DNA of 33,287 nt from Elusimicrobiota bacterium. GTDB lineage: Bacteria; Elusimicrobiota; Elusimicrobia; F11. The position numbers and the translations under genes were made by a program. The stretch is from positions 1 through 33,287 of the forward strand of contig JBJXGI010000093.1 in NCBI GenBank assembly GCA_046153645.1, given 5' to 3'. The notes under the pieces are model-generated. The model saw only the letters and a list, made by a program, of their open reading frames with translations. It had not been told where the DNA came from and ran no database searches. Positions within the stretch are counted from its first letter, which is position 1. Each line of letters starts with the position of its first letter. Below, piece by piece: positions 7,901-16,304 of the stretch.

Positions 7901-10401
7901 AAAAAATATCAGGTTTTTTCTCCAAGGATTCTATAACTGGTGCAACTAATTATTTATTAGATGCTATTGGAGATTCGCGTTTAGATCATATAACTCAAGA
8001 ACAATTAGCAGCTTTTATTAATAGAGCCGATTTGAAGGTTTCTCAAACGCAAAGAAATAAATATTTAGCAGTGCTTCCCTTGCTATTTCAAAATAAGCAA
8101 TCGGGTTTAGAAATAGACAGAGATCAATTTCTTGATAGTTCAATTTTATATATAGGGCTTACATTTGGAGTTCATAGACAGTTAGTTCTAAATGGAACAA
8201 AAACTGTTCGTGACATAGTCGTTAAATCGTCAGATGATTGGAAAGAAGTAGCTAATATTGGAAATGCAAAAATAAAGATAATAGAAGAATGTCTCCAGCG
8301 CTATGGTTTAAAAATTAGGATGACTAATGAAGAGATATTGGATTGGGAAAGTGCAGTGAATTTAGATGGCGGTACTTGGCTTGACCTCCCTGGTTACAAG
8401 CGAAACGCAGCTTGGATTGAAACATTCTTCGCTCGCATCATGGTTCCCGCTCTTATATTTATATTTTCTTTTTACAGATACGATGTTGGCTTTTGGGAAA
8501 GTTATGGTTTGGCTATTGGCGCGGCAACGTTTGTGTTTTGGGGGTTACATATTCTTAGAGGTTTTTCTTTTGATGGGAAACCTTATTCCTTCAAAAAAGC
8601 TTGGGCCGCGATGAAAAGTAGAGATGTGCTTTGGCTGACATTTTTAACTCCTTTTGCTGTCGCGCTCCCACCCTTATTGGTGCTGTTAGCGATTTATCAT
8701 TACCGGATTGATAGATCTTCTAATGAAAGATCAGATCAAAAAAAGAGAATAGACTTTTATAAAAAATTAGAAAATCAATTTTATCAATCAGGGCTCGATA
8801 GAAAGCAGATCAAAGCTAAAAGAGAAAAAATGTTAGATCAGAAAATGGATCCATTAATGTTTGATGAGGCCGAAGATCGCTCCGTTGAAATAACGATGAA
8901 TTTTTCTCCAGAACTCGGAAGTTTTTTTAGCCAAATTCTGGATAGAATTAAAGGTCAAATAAACGGGAAAATCTGGTTGGCTGATCCGAAGGATTACCAT
9001 ATCACTCTTTCTTGTTTGATTAGTCCTGATCAGAAAATGACCAATATTTCCCAAGATTACGATACGATGATGCGTCTTGCGATGATTGAAACTCTTTCTT
9101 ATTACCGCGATATTCACTTGGTTCGTCCGAGGTTGCAAATGACAACCAATGGAGCAGTTATAATTTTATGGGATGTGGAAGGTGATATTGAAGCAGCGCG
9201 TTCGCGCCTTCTAGGGGCATCGGGGAAAGTATTAGCTGATTCTCATAATGGCCCTCGAGTTATTGTGCATACAACCATTGCTCAAATTTTTTCTGAAGAA
9301 GAAGCTGATTATTCTGCGGAAAAAAAGATGCAACTTCAAACTATTTTGGATGAAGTTAATGCTCAGTTATTAACAAAAGAAATTAAACTCCCCGTAGTGC
9401 AAGCCCGTTATGCGGCTATTTATGGTTGGTTGGGAGTAAAAATAAATGAGTTAGGTCATTTCGATAACAAACTGACAACTGAAACCAATGCTTTGTCAGA
9501 TTTTGTGGCGGATTCTGTTGGTTTTGAGGATGCTAAAACTAATTTAGAGCATCTTCTTTTATCCGATATTGCCAGGAAGTCCTCGCCCAATTTTGAAGCG
9601 CTATTTGAAACACTTAAAAATCGTCCAGATGCTTATCGATTTGCTCTGACTATTTCCGCATTGATTTCTTATCATCAGCGTATTCAGTCTATATATACAG
9701 ATTCTTTTGTTGAGGAACTCCAAACATTAGTGCGTGAATTGGAATCTAATAACTCGGTGTCAAGCTTAATAACTCTTACTGGCCCGTTGCAAAAAGATCT
9801 TTTGAAAAATGGTTTTGTGTTTAACGGGAAAAAGATAAAGGGAGAAAAGGTTCAATATCTGCAAAAATTAATTGGAAAGTACTCTCAACTATTCCGTGGT
9901 CTTGTTCGATTCGTAGCCAGGGTTTTAGGGCAACAAACTGTCGTTATGATTCATGTCGATGACATTCTGTCTGGCTATTACGATCAAAATAACCACGAAA
10001 TATTCAGACAAAAGCAGAATTTAATTGATGAAATTATTTACGCTGTAAAAAAGAAAACGCCTATTGTGTTTATGGGGAAAAGCGATTTGAGTGAAGAGAA
10101 AATACGTGAAAAAGTCTCTCAATTTATTGGTTACAAAAACTTATTTGATTCAGGATTGAATGTTGTTGTTCAGCACCAAGGAGGTAATTTAATTCATCCC
10201 AGCAAAGTTTTAGAAGTTGCTCAAGCAAAATCAACCTTCATCAAAAATAGTCAAATTTTCTTGAGAATTTATTCGAGCGATCCTGGCGCGTTCAATCTTT
10301 ATGACGCTTCTGTTCGATTTATTTTCTTCGCCTTGTCAGAGCGTGTGGTTCCTTTAGCTTTGCGGATAAAAATAAATCATAAGATAGAGCAGCAAGCATA
10401 A
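4912..10401 (+). CDS. Large modular exported/membrane protein (~1830 aa): putative ChaN/Tiki-like N-domain, two TM modules, alpha-CTD-like and 2H phosphoesterase-like domains
   Basis: Uninterrupted 5.5-kb ORF. The ATG at 4912 gives a plausible signal peptide (..VFLLTQVLFAHSA); the track start is 4876. Motifs are detailed in the findings. Confidence 0.75.
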   Translation: MRSRLNSNCFIRVFLSVVFLLTQVLFAHSAETSIWAERRKALPSAAMTFLPPLGQVWKDKTQGSDDHRKKSFSALLPFGTIQKIQNPIQKPQGTVIYIQDVHGHLEAQKNISQIILKIWEQHPSAHLGLEGAEGRFSTESYRQFSPDMNKKMGSFLFNENLITGAEYAGFVTPENPTIIGVEDAKSYLENVAAIKKALPLQNEELKVIDLEKNILGIQKEKVYSPQLLELDQKWESYQNGNLSIGDYLTALTLTLSEGIIEIGVPSPFRERVRVRVPESISLFLKTWQLEKTLNFEKAERERNQFLSQLVEKLNKSDFDFLMAQSQLLRMGEMAYPDYYAWLKKMALDHGVSLNRTPEFDKYIHYVLQANAIDAQILLSEMSQFEKEVWLSLCKTENQKILVKDFFHLHLQEKLVKLILTPSEWDNYKKDVLGQGESVLSTKVQERRTSLSSFEDFYKFAEARDEKMVNNFFKNVLSTKNQELSTPLISILVTGGFHSSGISDLLLKKNFTVVTVTPHLHMNNQRSFDDQTQGNEYLNVFTREKTPLEKLFEAPQISLVETLRTNPIPGTGISPLNKSEGYRNLKLFLEKGWVVQDPQSGEWIATKNHSWAKAGTKIQDDATILSAVQREWWRSVFIMAIPAVAAVFLGPLHMTISPSFVVGFGLLASGIFIVATHLQSHSLKGLIKLFVNSSPLITLLSVLAFWETILSFNQVSWSTIVAATLTGLVAYNLLHFIWDRLAILFPQLGLAPMSAEVSYVEFKTKFRNRFEVLFEAWLGKSGKRGKTYLDSSEEILSDVLTLNPHINLEEATLVEIKGIPHVIYLVGKNVENSNQIIIFEFNIESAGSKTETTINQRIQALDNPVRLKNYDCILTPTSELRMWSFDNTVRDIHDLVTKTLKLSDTNHPAHMVYEKGISSFTPAPEPIPMKGGKIPRELKKVDEKKELGLFPLKISGFRQNIFLIYEDILKPKGDVTSAQFVLIGMLLHAYSLDPKEIKKISGFFSKDSITGATNYLLDAIGDSRLDHITQEQLAAFINRADLKVSQTQRNKYLAVLPLLFQNKQSGLEIDRDQFLDSSILYIGLTFGVHRQLVLNGTKTVRDIVVKSSDDWKEVANIGNAKIKIIEECLQRYGLKIRMTNEEILDWESAVNLDGGTWLDLPGYKRNAAWIETFFARIMVPALIFIFSFYRYDVGFWESYGLAIGAATFVFWGLHILRGFSFDGKPYSFKKAWAAMKSRDVLWLTFLTPFAVALPPLLVLLAIYHYRIDRSSNERSDQKKRIDFYKKLENQFYQSGLDRKQIKAKREKMLDQKMDPLMFDEAEDRSVEITMNFSPELGSFFSQILDRIKGQINGKIWLADPKDYHITLSCLISPDQKMTNISQDYDTMMRLAMIETLSYYRDIHLVRPRLQMTTNGAVIILWDVEGDIEAARSRLLGASGKVLADSHNGPRVIVHTTIAQIFSEEEADYSAEKKMQLQTILDEVNAQLLTKEIKLPVVQARYAAIYGWLGVKINELGHFDNKLTTETNALSDFVADSVGFEDAKTNLEHLLLSDIARKSSPNFEALFETLKNRPDAYRFALTISALISYHQRIQSIYTDSFVEELQTLVRELESNNSVSSLITLTGPLQKDLLKNGFVFNGKKIKGEKVQYLQKLIGKYSQLFRGLVRFVARVLGQQTVVMIHVDDILSGYYDQNNHEIFRQKQNLIDEIIYAVKKKTPIVFMGKSDLSEEKIREKVSQFIGYKNLFDSGLNVVVQHQGGNLIHPSKVLEVAQAKSTFIKNSQIFLRIYSSDPGAFNLYDASVRFIFFALSERVVPLALRIKINHKIEQQA
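5660..5737. repeat. REP/boxC-like palindromic element inside the large CDS
   Basis: Perfect 20-bp inverted repeat CCCTCACCCTAACCCTCTCC (5660-5679) / GGAGAGGGTTAGGGTGAGGG (5718-5737). Confidence 0.85.
6201..6367. repeat. Two degenerate heptamer tandem arrays inside the large CDS
   Basis: cgtactt/agtacta/aggttca/ggaacga/agaacgt (6222-6256) and cgtactg/agtacga/agaacca/agaacta/agtacgc (6333-6367); 11-bp inverted repeat 6221-6231 vs 6357-6367. Confidence 0.65.
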
Positions 10402-10440
10402 GATAGGTTTTCTGTGGGAATTTAACCTGCGTAGTTTGTC

Positions 10441-10902
10441 TTAAGCCGCTTTATAAAATGTGCCTGGATTAACATGAAATCGGTGGGCTAGACGTTCTAT
10501 TTGATCTCTGTTTAATTTTCTTCGTCCATTTAAAATATCTGAAACGACTGGTTGGCCCCCTAAATCGCTTGATAGATCTGTTTGTTTTAAATGAAATTGA
10601 TCCATGAAAAACTGAAGCATTTCTTCTGGTGTTCCTGATGAGTTGGGGTAAATCTTTTGTTCAAATTCTGATACAAAATGCGATACCGCTCCAAAATAAG
10701 TCTCAATTGCTTTTTTTTCTTTTTTGGAAAGCATTTTTTCTCCTATTAACTCAGAGAGCATGTCCAAAATACTGGAATAAATTTTATGCATGTTTTTATC
10801 TTTCATGGGCTGAGGAGGAAGGCGCAGAATCAATGTTTGAAATAAGTGACCATTTATTTGAGGGTACTTCCTTACCTTTTTTTCAATAGTGAGTGTTGTC
10901 AT
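10441..10902 (-). CDS. higA: HigA-type antitoxin (XRE HTH)
   Basis: LKQTDL..LGGQPVVSDILNGRRKLN HTH. The ATG at 10902 overlaps the higB stop (ATGA); the track start is 10914. Confidence 0.8.
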   Translation of the reverse strand: MTTLTIEKKVRKYPQINGHLFQTLILRLPPQPMKDKNMHKIYSSILDMLSELIGEKMLSKKEKKAIETYFGAVSHFVSEFEQKIYPNSSGTPEEMLQFFMDQFHLKQTDLSSDLGGQPVVSDILNGRRKLNRDQIERLAHRFHVNPGTFYKAA

Positions 10903-11030
10903 ATCTTTCTCCATTTATTTCGGTTATATTCGTCGTGTGTTAATATATGTGTGATTCTTAAAGCGTTTTGCATATAAATAACGATGGCAATCAATCGAAA
11001 GTTGTTTCCTCCAATGTCAAAGATCGTGGT
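10899..11030 (-). pseudogene. higB: 5'-truncated HigB toxin
   Basis: Hand translation TTIFDIGGNNFRLIAIVIYMQNALRITHILTHDEYNRNKWRKI* matches the HigB C-terminal half. An in-frame stop lies a few codons upstream and there is no start codon. Confidence 0.85.
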
Positions 11031-11167
11031 ATAACAATATGCTATATAATTTCAAGAGGTAAATATTTTTGAAATATTTGACCCACCGTTTCATATTTGA
11101 TATTCCTACTCGTCCCGGCAAAAAATACTGACCTTAAGGACAACAAGCCTCCAATAAAGAGTGAAAG

Positions 11168-12169
11168 GTGCAACACAACATTAAGTTAAATAAAAAGCGT
11201 TTATTAGATTGGGTTGAAAAATTTAAAGGCGTTCCTGTTTTGGTTTTGGGTGATCTGATGATGGATCGCTCCTATCGAGGCACCTCCGAGCGTATCTCTC
11301 CTGAAGCGCCTGTTCCGGTTGTCCATGTTAAAAGTTCCGATTTTACCCCTGGTGGTTCTGGCAATGTTGTAAGCAATTTAGCCAGTTTGGGTGCTTATCC
11401 TTCTCTTATTGCTGTTCGTGGTAATGATCAAGATGGTTATGAGTTAGAGCTTGATTTAAAATCGCGCGGCATTAATGTTCGAGGCTTGATCATTGATTCT
11501 TCTCGCCCAACCATTACTAAAACCCGTGTTTTTGTTGGTCATCAGCAGGTTTCTCGTTTTGATTTCGAAAATCGTGAGAATCTCTCATCTCAATTTATTC
11601 GCCAATTATTTGAGCGGGTTAAACAAATGATCCCTGCTCATAAGGCTGTGGTTATTTCTGATTATGGAAAAGGGCTTATTTCGAAGTCGCTTATTCAATT
11701 GGTTCTTCGTGAAGCGCACAAAAATAAAATTTCCGTTTTAGTTGATCCTAAAATTGAGCATTTTATGCAGTATAAAGGTGTTGATTGTATAACCCCAAAT
11801 ACCAAAGAGGCCATCGAAGGAATGAAAGTTTTATCTCCAAAAAATGAAAAAGAATTTCTGAGCTTGGGTTGGAAAATTTCAAAAACTTTAAAATGCGCTT
11901 CAGTACTTATTACTCGTGGTGAAAAGGGTATGACCTTGTTTAAAAAGGGGGAAGAACCTTTTAGTATTCCCGCTTATTCGCAGCAAGTTTTTGATGTGAC
12001 GGGTGCGGGAGATACCGTCATTTCAACTTTCGCCCTCGCGCGTGCCATTCAAGCTCCTCATATTGAGGCGGCTCAACTTTCAAATATTGCAGCGAGTTTG
12101 GTGGTAGCCAAAGTGGGAACAGCGGTCGTGACTCAATCAGAATTAAAAGAACGAATTCATGCTCTTTAA
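11168..12169 (+). CDS. rfaE1: D-glycero-D-manno-heptose 7-phosphate kinase (PfkB family)
   Basis: GDLMMD, RISPEAPVPVV, SDYGKG and DVTGAGDTV motifs. Confidence 0.9.
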   Translation: MQHNIKLNKKRLLDWVEKFKGVPVLVLGDLMMDRSYRGTSERISPEAPVPVVHVKSSDFTPGGSGNVVSNLASLGAYPSLIAVRGNDQDGYELELDLKSRGINVRGLIIDSSRPTITKTRVFVGHQQVSRFDFENRENLSSQFIRQLFERVKQMIPAHKAVVISDYGKGLISKSLIQLVLREAHKNKISVLVDPKIEHFMQYKGVDCITPNTKEAIEGMKVLSPKNEKEFLSLGWKISKTLKCASVLITRGEKGMTLFKKGEEPFSIPAYSQQVFDVTGAGDTVISTFALARAIQAPHIEAAQLSNIAASLVVAKVGTAVVTQSELKERIHAL

Positions 12170-12179
12170 AAAACATCCC

Positions 12180-12304
12180 GTCATTCCCGTACCGTTCGAT
12201 TATTTTATTAATGTCGGTACTGTCCCCTTTGGGTACGAATGTCTCTATCGGGAATCTAGATTGATTTATAAATTAGATCTCCGATTGAAAATTTCGGAGA
12301 TGAC
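12180..12304. repeat. REP-like double-hairpin element with a nested ~48-bp insertion
   Basis: GTCATTCCCG..AATGTCTCTAT-CGGGAATCTAG..TAGATCTCCGA-N9-TCGGAGATGAC; related copy at 29916. Confidence 0.75.
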
Positions 12305-12318
12305 AAATATTTGGAATT

Positions 12319-13035
12319 ATGAGATTTAAAGATGTTATTGGTGTTATTCCCGCAAGGTACGCTTCCAGCCGTTTTCCAGGGAAGCCATTGGCGATGATTA
12401 AAAATAAGCCCATGATTGAATGGGTTTATAGACAGGCCAAAAAAGCTCTTTTACAAGTTGTTGTGGCCACAGATGATGTGAGAATTATTAAAGCTGTTCA
12501 TACTTTTGGTGGGGTTGCCATGATGACACCTAGAAGTTGTGCCTCAGGAACCGATCGCATGGCTTATGTCGCGCAAAGAATGAAAGCGACGTATTTCGTC
12601 AATATTCAAGGGGATGAACCGTTGATTGACCCTGGTGTCATTCGAAAAACAGTTATCTTGGCCAAACAGCATAAAGCCATTGCGACCTCAGCCACTTATC
12701 TAGAGGAGAAAGATTTTAAGAACATCAACACCGTTAAGGTGGTTATTGATAAACAATCAAAAGCCCTCTATTTTTCAAGAGCGCTTATTCCTTTTCCACG
12801 AGAGGGAAAAAAGGTTACAAAGTCGTTTAAACACCAGGGATTATATGTTTACCCTAGAGAGGAACTGTTGAAATTTGTCCGGTTTCCTGTTTGTGAGTTA
12901 GAAAGTATCGAAAAATTAGAACAATTAAGGGCTTTGTATAACGGCCTGAGTATTTATGTGAACATAACAGCGAAAGATTCTTTGGGTGTTGATACACCAG
13001 CAGATTTAAGAAAAGTTGCAAGTTTAATGAAATGA
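12319..13035 (+). CDS. kdsB: CMP-Kdo synthetase
   Basis: IPARYASSRFPGKPL, SGTDR, QGDEP and EKLEQLRAL motifs. Confidence 0.95.
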   Translation: MRFKDVIGVIPARYASSRFPGKPLAMIKNKPMIEWVYRQAKKALLQVVVATDDVRIIKAVHTFGGVAMMTPRSCASGTDRMAYVAQRMKATYFVNIQGDEPLIDPGVIRKTVILAKQHKAIATSATYLEEKDFKNINTVKVVIDKQSKALYFSRALIPFPREGKKVTKSFKHQGLYVYPREELLKFVRFPVCELESIEKLEQLRALYNGLSIYVNITAKDSLGVDTPADLRKVASLMK

Positions 13036-13048
13036 GGATTGAAATAAT

Positions 13049-14644
13049 ATGACGAAGTTTATATTTGTGACAGGCGGGGTGGTTTCATCTCTAGGGAAAG
13101 GAATCACTTCTGCTTCATTGGCTCGATTGTTAAAGGCGCGAGGCTTTAAGGTAACGATGATTAAGCTTGATCCTTATTTAAATGTGGATCCAGGAACGAT
13201 GAACCCTTACCAACATGGAGAGGTTTTTGTTACCAATGACGGGGCTGAAACAGATTTGGATCTGGGTCATTATGAGCGTTTTCTTGATTTGGATATGACC
13301 AAATACAATAACTGCACGACCGGTCAAGTGTATGACACGATTATTCAACAAGAGCGTCGTGGTGAATTTTTAGGAAAAACAGTTCAGGTTATTCCTCATG
13401 TGACCAATGAAATTAAACGTCGCATTCGACGTGTTGCCGATGGTTTTGATGTCGTTATTATTGAAGTTGGGGGAACAGTTGGTGATATTGAGTCTCTTCC
13501 CTTTTTGGAAGCCATTCGTCAAATTCGACTCGACGTTGGGCGTGACAATGTTTTATATGTTCATGTGACCCTTATTCCTTTTATTAAAGCTTCTGAAGAA
13601 TTAAAAACAAAACCGACCCAGCATTCTGTTGGAAAATTAAGAGAAATTGGAATTGAACCTGATATTTTGGTTTGTAGGACTGATCGAGAATTGAGTCGAG
13701 ATCTAAAAGATAAATTGGCTCTTTTCTGTAGTGTGGTTCCAGAAGCGGTAATTGAAGCTCAAGATGTTCGAAGTATTTACGAAGTTCCCCTCATGTTTCA
13801 CCGTCAAGGGATGGATGAACAGGTTTTAATGCTCCTTCGAATGAGAAGTGGATCAAGTGAGTTAGACGATTGGAAAAATTTGGTTGATACGTTAAGTTCT
13901 CCTCATTCCCATGTCACTATTGGTGTAGCGGGAAAATATATTGGTGTCAAAGATGCGTATAAATCAATTTCAGAAGCTCTTCTTCATGGCGGGGTTGCCA
14001 ATAAATGCCGCGTTGAAGTGAAATATATTGATGTTGATGGCCCCAGCATGGAAGAGGAACTTTCTAATGTTCATGGTATTTTAATTCCTGGCGGATTTGG
14101 AGACCGGGGTATTGAAGGAAAAATAAATGCGGTGAGGATTGCTCGTCAAAATAAAATTCCTTTTTTTGGAATTTGTCTTGGAATGCAAGTGGCCTGTATT
14201 GAATTTGCGAGAAATGTTGTTAATTTGAAACGGGCCAATTCAACAGAGTTTGATTTGAAAACACCCCACCCTGTTATTAGCATGTTAGAAGAACAGAAAA
14301 AAGTTAGAGATAAAGGCGGAACCATGCGTTTGGGAAGTTATGTGTGTCATCTCAAAAAAGGTTCTAAAGCCGCACACTTATATGGCAAATCAGTTATTTC
14401 CGAAAGACATCGACATCGATATGAGTTTAATGGTGTTTACCGGGAAAAACTTGCGAAAGCAGGTCTCCATGTTGTGGGTGAATTTAAAGGTCAAAAACTT
14501 CCGGAAATTGTTGAATTAAAAAACCATCCTTTTTTTGTTGGGGTTCAGTTTCATCCGGAGTTCCAAAGTCGGCCTCTTAGGCCCCATCCTGTTTTTTCTG
14601 GGTTTATTGCAGCGGCATTAAAGAAGAGTATGGGTGCTCTGTGA
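13049..14644 (+). CDS. pyrG: CTP synthase
   Basis: [29 protein letters not shown] and QFHPEF motifs. Confidence 0.98.
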   Translation: MTKFIFVTGGVVSSLGKGITSASLARLLKARGFKVTMIKLDPYLNVDPGTMNPYQHGEVFVTNDGAETDLDLGHYERFLDLDMTKYNNCTTGQVYDTIIQQERRGEFLGKTVQVIPHVTNEIKRRIRRVADGFDVVIIEVGGTVGDIESLPFLEAIRQIRLDVGRDNVLYVHVTLIPFIKASEELKTKPTQHSVGKLREIGIEPDILVCRTDRELSRDLKDKLALFCSVVPEAVIEAQDVRSIYEVPLMFHRQGMDEQVLMLLRMRSGSSELDDWKNLVDTLSSPHSHVTIGVAGKYIGVKDAYKSISEALLHGGVANKCRVEVKYIDVDGPSMEEELSNVHGILIPGGFGDRGIEGKINAVRIARQNKIPFFGICLGMQVACIEFARNVVNLKRANSTEFDLKTPHPVISMLEEQKKVRDKGGTMRLGSYVCHLKKGSKAAHLYGKSVISERHRHRYEFNGVYREKLAKAGLHVVGEFKGQKLPEIVELKNHPFFVGVQFHPEFQSRPLRPHPVFSGFIAAALKKSMGAL

Positions 14645-15468
14645 AACAAAACGAAGTAAAACTGAATTCGATTACGTTCTCTAATAATAAACCCTTTGTT
14701 TTATTGGGTGGGCCTTGTGTTATTGAATCTGAGAAGTTGGTTTTTCAGGTGGCCACTCGACTTAAAGAAATTACATCGGCGCTTAAAATCCCCGATGTAT
14801 TTAAAAGCTCTTATGATAAATCCAATCGCTCCTCAGTAAAATCTTTTCGGGGGCCTGGTTTAAGAGAAGGGTTGAAAATTCTTTCTAAAGTGAAAGAAAA
14901 ATTAGATTTGCCCATTATCACGGATATTCATACGCCAGAAGAAGCTCGTGAAGTGGCCCGAGTGGCAGATATTCTTCAAATACCCGCTTTTTTGTGTCGT
15001 CAGAGTGATTTGCTGATCTCTGCAGGTGAGACGGGGAAAATTGTCAACATCAAAAAAGGTCAGTTTATGTCACCGTGGGAAATGAAAAACGTGATCGAAA
15101 AAGTAGAGTCCACCGGGAATAAAAGAATTTTTGTGACGGAACGTGGAACCACTTTTGGTTACAATAATTTGGTTGTTGATATGCGTGGTTTGGATATCAT
15201 GAAGTCGTTTCAATATCCGGTTGTTTATGATGCGACTCATTCTGTTCAATTACCTGGGGGAAAGGGAAATTCTAGTGGGGGGCAAAGAGAATTTGTGTTG
15301 CCACTTGCCAGAGCGGCCACGGCGTTGGGTTTGGCGGCACTTTTTATGGAAATTCATCCAGACCCTGACCATGCCCTTTCTGATGGCCCGAATTCTCTTA
15401 AACTTTCAAACATGAAAAATATTCTCGAAGTGCTTCTTAAATTAGATAAAGTCGTTAAAACGGCGTAA
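14641..15468 (+). CDS. kdsA: Kdo-8-phosphate synthase
   Basis: [27 protein letters not shown] and DATHSVQ motifs; GTG start overlaps the pyrG stop. Confidence 0.95.
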   Translation: MKQNEVKLNSITFSNNKPFVLLGGPCVIESEKLVFQVATRLKEITSALKIPDVFKSSYDKSNRSSVKSFRGPGLREGLKILSKVKEKLDLPIITDIHTPEEAREVARVADILQIPAFLCRQSDLLISAGETGKIVNIKKGQFMSPWEMKNVIEKVESTGNKRIFVTERGTTFGYNNLVVDMRGLDIMKSFQYPVVYDATHSVQLPGGKGNSSGGQREFVLPLARAATALGLAALFMEIHPDPDHALSDGPNSLKLSNMKNILEVLLKLDKVVKTA

Positions 15469-15497
15469 CATTATTCAAGGGTGAAACGAAGGAAAAT

Positions 15498-15749
15498 ATG
15501 AAAAAACAAAAAGGTTCTAAATCAAACCAACCTCAAGGATCGGAAGCTTCTCCTCTATCTGAATCCATCGCCATTTCAAGTGAATCTCTTTGGATTCCAA
15601 CTTGGGCATGGCATTTAAAAACACTCCTTATTATTTATGTGTTATTAACAGTGGCCTATTTTTTAATTTCGTCTTTTCTCTTGAAAATACCTAAACCTTA
15701 TAAACTCCGCGAGGTTCCAAAAGAAGTACGTCCTTGGATTAAAGGATAA
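15498..15749 (+). CDS. Small single-TM hypothetical protein
   Basis: AAGGA upstream of the ATG; one hydrophobic helix; fills the kdsA-kdsC gap. Confidence 0.65.
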   Translation: MKKQKGSKSNQPQGSEASPLSESIAISSESLWIPTWAWHLKTLLIIYVLLTVAYFLISSFLLKIPKPYKLREVPKEVRPWIKG

Positions 15750-15761
15750 CCAATACCTTCA

Positions 15762-16304
15762 ATGCTAGCTTCGTTGGGAGAAATAAAAAAAAGAGCTAAA
15801 AAAATAAAACTGGTTGCTATGGATGTTGACGGCGTTTTGACCAATGGCGATATCGTTGTTTTGGAGTCAGGTGAAGAAGTGAAAAACTGGAGTTCTAAAG
15901 ACCGGTTACTGATGGCTCTTATTCGTTCAAAAAAAATCCCTCTTACTATAGCTTGGATTACAGGCCGTCAATCAAAAGCAGTTGAGTGGGGAGCGAAAGA
16001 TTTGTCGATTCCTTATTTGGTTCAAAAATGTGGTCAAAAAAAAGAAGCTCTTGAAACCATCTTGAAGAAAGAAAAAATAACACCCCAAGAAACTGTTTTT
16101 ATCGGAGACGATATTATCGACTTGCCTGCGCTCAAACTTGCGGGATTGTCTGCTTGCCCCAAAGATGCTGTTCCGGAAGTATTAAAAACGTGCGATTATG
16201 TTTCTCCTTTGGAAGGGGGAAAGGGTGTTGTTCGTGATGTTTTGGAAATTATTCTGAAAGCACAAAATAAATGGGACGATATATTAAATTCTTTCTCTCA
16301 TTAA
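15762..16304 (+). CDS. kdsC: Kdo-8-phosphate phosphatase (HAD)
   Basis: MDVDGVLTNG, ITGR, IGDDIID and GGKGVVR motifs. Confidence 0.9.
   Translation: MLASLGEIKKRAKKIKLVAMDVDGVLTNGDIVVLESGEEVKNWSSKDRLLMALIRSKKIPLTIAWITGRQSKAVEWGAKDLSIPYLVQKCGQKKEALETILKKEKITPQETVFIGDDIIDLPALKLAGLSACPKDAVPEVLKTCDYVSPLEGGKGVVRDVLEIILKAQNKWDDILNSFSH

Noticed and set aside
14791..14800. KdsA has IPDVFK where an aromatic residue is usual
   Set aside because: One base change (GAT vs TAT) outside catalytic motifs; cannot be told apart from a sequencing error or neutral variant.
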